Positions 6,830-10,014 of a DNA stretch of 10,014 nt are shown one piece after another (within the stretch, counting starts at the first letter, position 1; each line of letters starts with the position of its first letter). Position numbers and translations under genes: made by a program. Under the pieces are notes generated by a model, which was not told the DNA's origin, did no database searches, and was given only the letters and a program-made list of their open reading frames with translations. Origin of the DNA: a virus (Duplodnaviria > Heunggongvirae > Uroviricota > Caudoviricetes); the IMG/VR virus record IMGVR_UViG_3300029107_000029, positions 1-10,014 of that record; one strand, written 5' to 3'.

Positions 6830-8173
6830 CTATGATAGCTCGCTATGTATGATTACCTTGTTTCTGCCAGTTCTTTTGGCTTCATATAGCGATTCATCTG
6901 CTTGAGCCAAGATTTCTGAAGGCATGAGTTTATTTGAAAGAGTGATGAACCCACCTATGCTGATAGTGACTCTTTCAACCCCATATTTAACAGTAAGATT
7001 TTGTGTTTTCACTTCAACATTCCTTCTTATTCTTTCGCTGATTGCTGAGATCTGAGAAAATGAAAGATCATTGAATACAATGGCGAATTCTTCCCCTCCA
7101 AGTCGGCCGAATAAATCTTTGTTCCTGATTGTCTTTGCAATAATCTTTGTTACTGTGCTTATTACTATATCTCCAGTGTGATGTCCATGCTGGTCATTTA
7201 TCTTCTTGAAGTGATCAATGTCGAGCATTAATACACAAATGGAATTATTATTGTTATTTTTTAATATTGTCTTGAAGGCATTTAAAAAACCACCTCTATT
7301 ATAAGTGTTAGTTAAAAAATCGTGTGATGCCAGATAATCTGAATATTTTAATTTCAAAAATATAAAATACATTAGAGTGCATATGATATATAGGCTGGAT
7401 GCTAGTTCAAACCCTTTGGCCCAATACCATATAGGATAACGTGAATCCATAAAATGCAATAATATTAAGTTATCACATGCTAGAGCAATGCTGATAAAGC
7501 TAATGCAAAACCATATTTTTGAATAATTTTTAATAAAAAAACATGAAGAAACAAGAAGTAATAGCCAGAAATAAATTATCGTCTTAATGTAGAATGTATT
7601 CCATGTCAATTGATGGCTGACGGAGGAATAGTATACTATATTAATAGAGTAGCTTTCATTCGCGCTACTTAATATTTTGGCTGTAAATGATATGAAAATA
7701 AGAATTAGTATGGCAAATAGTATTGTGAATGTATTTTTTCTATTTGCACAAGTGTAAATTTCTTTTGAATGGCTTGAAAAAATAGCAACACAGGAAATTA
7801 ACACAAAGCTTATTTGACGGAAAAAGTAAAATATTGCGACGTCATTTGCCTTCTGGATTATTAAGGATTCAGAAGATATTGGTGTTTGCACAATAATTAT
7901 TGTCTCTACAAAATAATAGAGATTGTTCAGGAATGCAATGGCTAGAATCAGCAGGCAAATTTGTTTTTGATGAGATGTATAGTATAAAAACATAAATATA
8001 CAAATCATAAGGTTTATAAAAAACAGGCCTACAATAAAGATAATATAGTTGGTTTGGGTTGTTTGTGTAAGGTATAGCCAATTTTTCTCATGTAACTGCA
8101 TGAGAAAAAATGAAACAAAGATGAATATAATGGAAAATATTTTTAAACTTACAGGTACTGTACGAGTAGTCAT
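6830..8173 (-). CDS. Membrane-anchored diguanylate cyclase, 447 aa: N-terminal ~8-TM sensor-like domain plus C-terminal GGDEF domain with GGEEF active site and RxxD I-site
   Basis: ATG at 8173 (- strand) with AGGTGG 4 nt upstream (complement of 8178-8183). C-terminal domain contains HDFLTNTYNRGGF, the I-site RNKD five residues upstream of RLGGEEF, and DESLYEAKRTGRNKV. N-terminal 270 aa has about eight hydrophobic segments. The gene is very AT-rich with Ile/Phe/Asn/Lys/Tyr-rich codon usage, unlike the flanking genes. Confidence 0.9.
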   Translation of the reverse strand: MTTRTVPVSLKIFSIIFIFVSFFLMQLHEKNWLYLTQTTQTNYIIFIVGLFFINLMICIFMFLYYTSHQKQICLLILAIAFLNNLYYFVETIIIVQTPISSESLIIQKANDVAIFYFFRQISFVLISCVAIFSSHSKEIYTCANRKNTFTILFAILILIFISFTAKILSSANESYSINIVYYSSVSHQLTWNTFYIKTIIYFWLLLLVSSCFFIKNYSKIWFCISFISIALACDNLILLHFMDSRYPIWYWAKGFELASSLYIICTLMYFIFLKLKYSDYLASHDFLTNTYNRGGFLNAFKTILKNNNNNSICVLMLDIDHFKKINDQHGHHTGDIVISTVTKIIAKTIRNKDLFGRLGGEEFAIVFNDLSFSQISAISERIRRNVEVKTQNLTVKYGVERVTISIGGFITLSNKLMPSEILAQADESLYEAKRTGRNKVIIHSELS

Positions 8174-8239
8174 GCTGCCACCTAAAAAAATGCATATTTA
8201 TTCATGTGTATCAATAAATATGTCTCAGGGTAACTTATT

Positions 8240-8285
8240 CTAAATCAGTATACCATTTGTTATAGATGCTGAAATTATCTTTTTC
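8240..8285 (-). promoter_or_regulatory. Candidate sigma70 promoter for the diguanylate cyclase gene
   Basis: On the - strand: TTTCAG, 16-nt spacer, TATACT (complement of 8247-8252), about 75 nt upstream of the start codon, in an AT-rich region. Pattern match only. Confidence 0.25.
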
Positions 8286-9173
8286 TGTAAAGATGACTTT
8301 TGAATGGTTTGCTGGTTATTAATATGCCTGCTAATTTAAGGTGTATATAGTGAATTTTGAGTGAAATTTTTAATGTGTTATTATTTGTGATGTATGTCAC
8401 AGAGCCATTTGAGGCGGTCAGTATTCATACTGATAATTAGTGTGAAATTATGCTCTGTGTATGGCATATGTAGGGGAAGAGCAGACTTCGATTGTACCTA
8501 TTTGCGGTGAATCCGATATCTTTTATTGCGTTGTTGGTCATGTCATGTTGAACTCGATTTAGATTTTTTAGCCGAACTAACAAGCCTGCAGACATCTGAC
8601 ATTTTTTGTTAGAGCGTACTATTTTGATGCGAAGTCATGTAACTTTGTTTCAGGCTGAAAAAGGGTTTAAATTGGGGGAAGTCCAGCTTGGCTCTGGCTC
8701 GATCTCACTCCTCCTTTACTTCTCCATTCAGACCAGGCATCGCAAATTCACTGCATGAAGATGAGCGATTTTTATATATTGTGAAGTAAGCGTTTTTTCC
8801 TAGAGCGGTTGGCCAGGGCAATACATCTTGGGTTTCCCTGATTCGTACCGCTTATGCTTCGGAGATAAGGGGATATGTGCTCTGTGAACCTAACGGGGAT
8901 GGTACAGCCAGCATCATCGATTTCAGCCCGGTAAAAGAGACGAGGAAAAATGCACAACAGGCACCACACGTTATGCATGGATTCGAATTGCTCATAATTC
9001 ACCAGCACAGCTTTAAATCGTAAAGAGAACCACGCTACGCTGTATGCGAGAATGTATTGTGGTTGGCTGGTGAAATTCCGTTAGTGGATTTACAGCCGGA
9101 ACTGATTCTCTGGGAAAGAAATCATGGGCCAACTCACAGGCCACAGAATGAGAATTCTTAGAATTTTTTCGGT

Positions 9174-9213
9174 GGCAAAAATGGGGCAAAACGCTGCAAA
9201 AGGGGCAAAAAAA
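9174..9213. repeat. Four phased GCAAAA A-tracts at helical periodicity (possible intrinsic bend or clustered protein-binding sites)
   Basis: GCAAAA begins at 9175, 9186, 9196 and 9205 (spacings 11, 10, 9 bp): ggcaaaaatggggcaaaacgctgcaaaaggggcaaaaaaag. Adjacent 8-bp palindrome AGAATTCT at 9151-9158. Confidence 0.5.
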
Positions 9214-9506
9214 GAGTGGATTATCGTAGCTTATTGTTGTCGCTGATGATATTTAACACATTGAAAAATAAGTAAAATACTTATGAGTCAGAGAGTTGTG
9301 ATTTTTGCCCTTACTTGTTCAGGTTGTATTGTTCTTTCTTACTAATTTCTTGATTTTGCAACATTTAATAGTAGCTCAATTCATTATATGGCATCAGAAG
9401 AGTATGCATCATGCCGGGATATCCGACAGCAGAAGTCTGATATAAAAACAGTGGCGTGTATGGTACGGATTAGAGGGGAAAATGTCAGCACATTTGCGAA
9501 ATGAAT

Positions 9507-9532
9507 CAAAAAGCCCGCAGCGACGTGCGGGC
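9507..9532 (-). terminator. Rho-independent terminator of the universal stress protein gene
   Basis: Read on the - strand: gcccgca-cgtcgc-tgcgggc followed by TTTTT (complement of 9508-9512), beginning 9 nt downstream of the stop codon. Confidence 0.65.
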
Positions 9533-9540
9533 GTTAGTTA

Positions 9541-10014
<474 letters not shown>

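Noticed and set aside
7869-8243. ORFs overlapping the diguanylate cyclase gene (7869-8081 -, 8049-8243 +)
   Set aside because: One is an alternative frame inside the cyclase gene, the other is antisense across its start and promoter; both are AT-rich chance frames.
8979-8990. tRNA T-loop-like motif (TTCGAATCC on the - strand), considered as a tRNA-derived att core
   Set aside because: Flanking bases cannot form a T-stem, and no acceptor stem or CCA context is present; likely chance.
8772-9008. 78-aa ORF on the - strand in the intergenic region
   Set aside because: Starts at a GTG with no Shine-Dalgarno and has no recognisable motif. I looked for TtcA-like fragments and found none. Kept only as part of the junction-region finding.

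Overview
This window looks like the right arm of a lambda-like prophage running into chromosomal DNA. On the + strand: the 3' part of the tail-tip gene J (5' end outside the window), lom, then a side tail fibre gene (stf) whose N-terminal shaft is lambda-like but whose C-terminal half is different and ends in a LamG/concanavalin-like signature. stf is followed by three tightly packed small genes: an acidic 89-aa protein translationally coupled to stf, a 234-aa coiled-coil protein with a C-terminal peptidase-S74-like (intramolecular chaperone) domain, and a 98-aa membrane protein. Immediately after these sits a startless 3' remnant of a tfa-like tail-fibre assembly gene, which suggests a cassette replaced the ancestral stf 3' end and most of tfa. 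Downstream, on the - strand, is a strongly AT-rich gene for an 8-TM membrane diguanylate cyclase with intact GGEEF and RxxD motifs, probably horizontally acquired cargo. A 1.35-kb ORF-poor stretch follows, then a universal stress protein gene (uspF-like) with its terminator. The tail-fibre cassette and the prophage-borne cyclase are the candidates most worth follow-up. All protein identifications rest on recalled family motifs, not on database searches, and no function here is experimentally supported.
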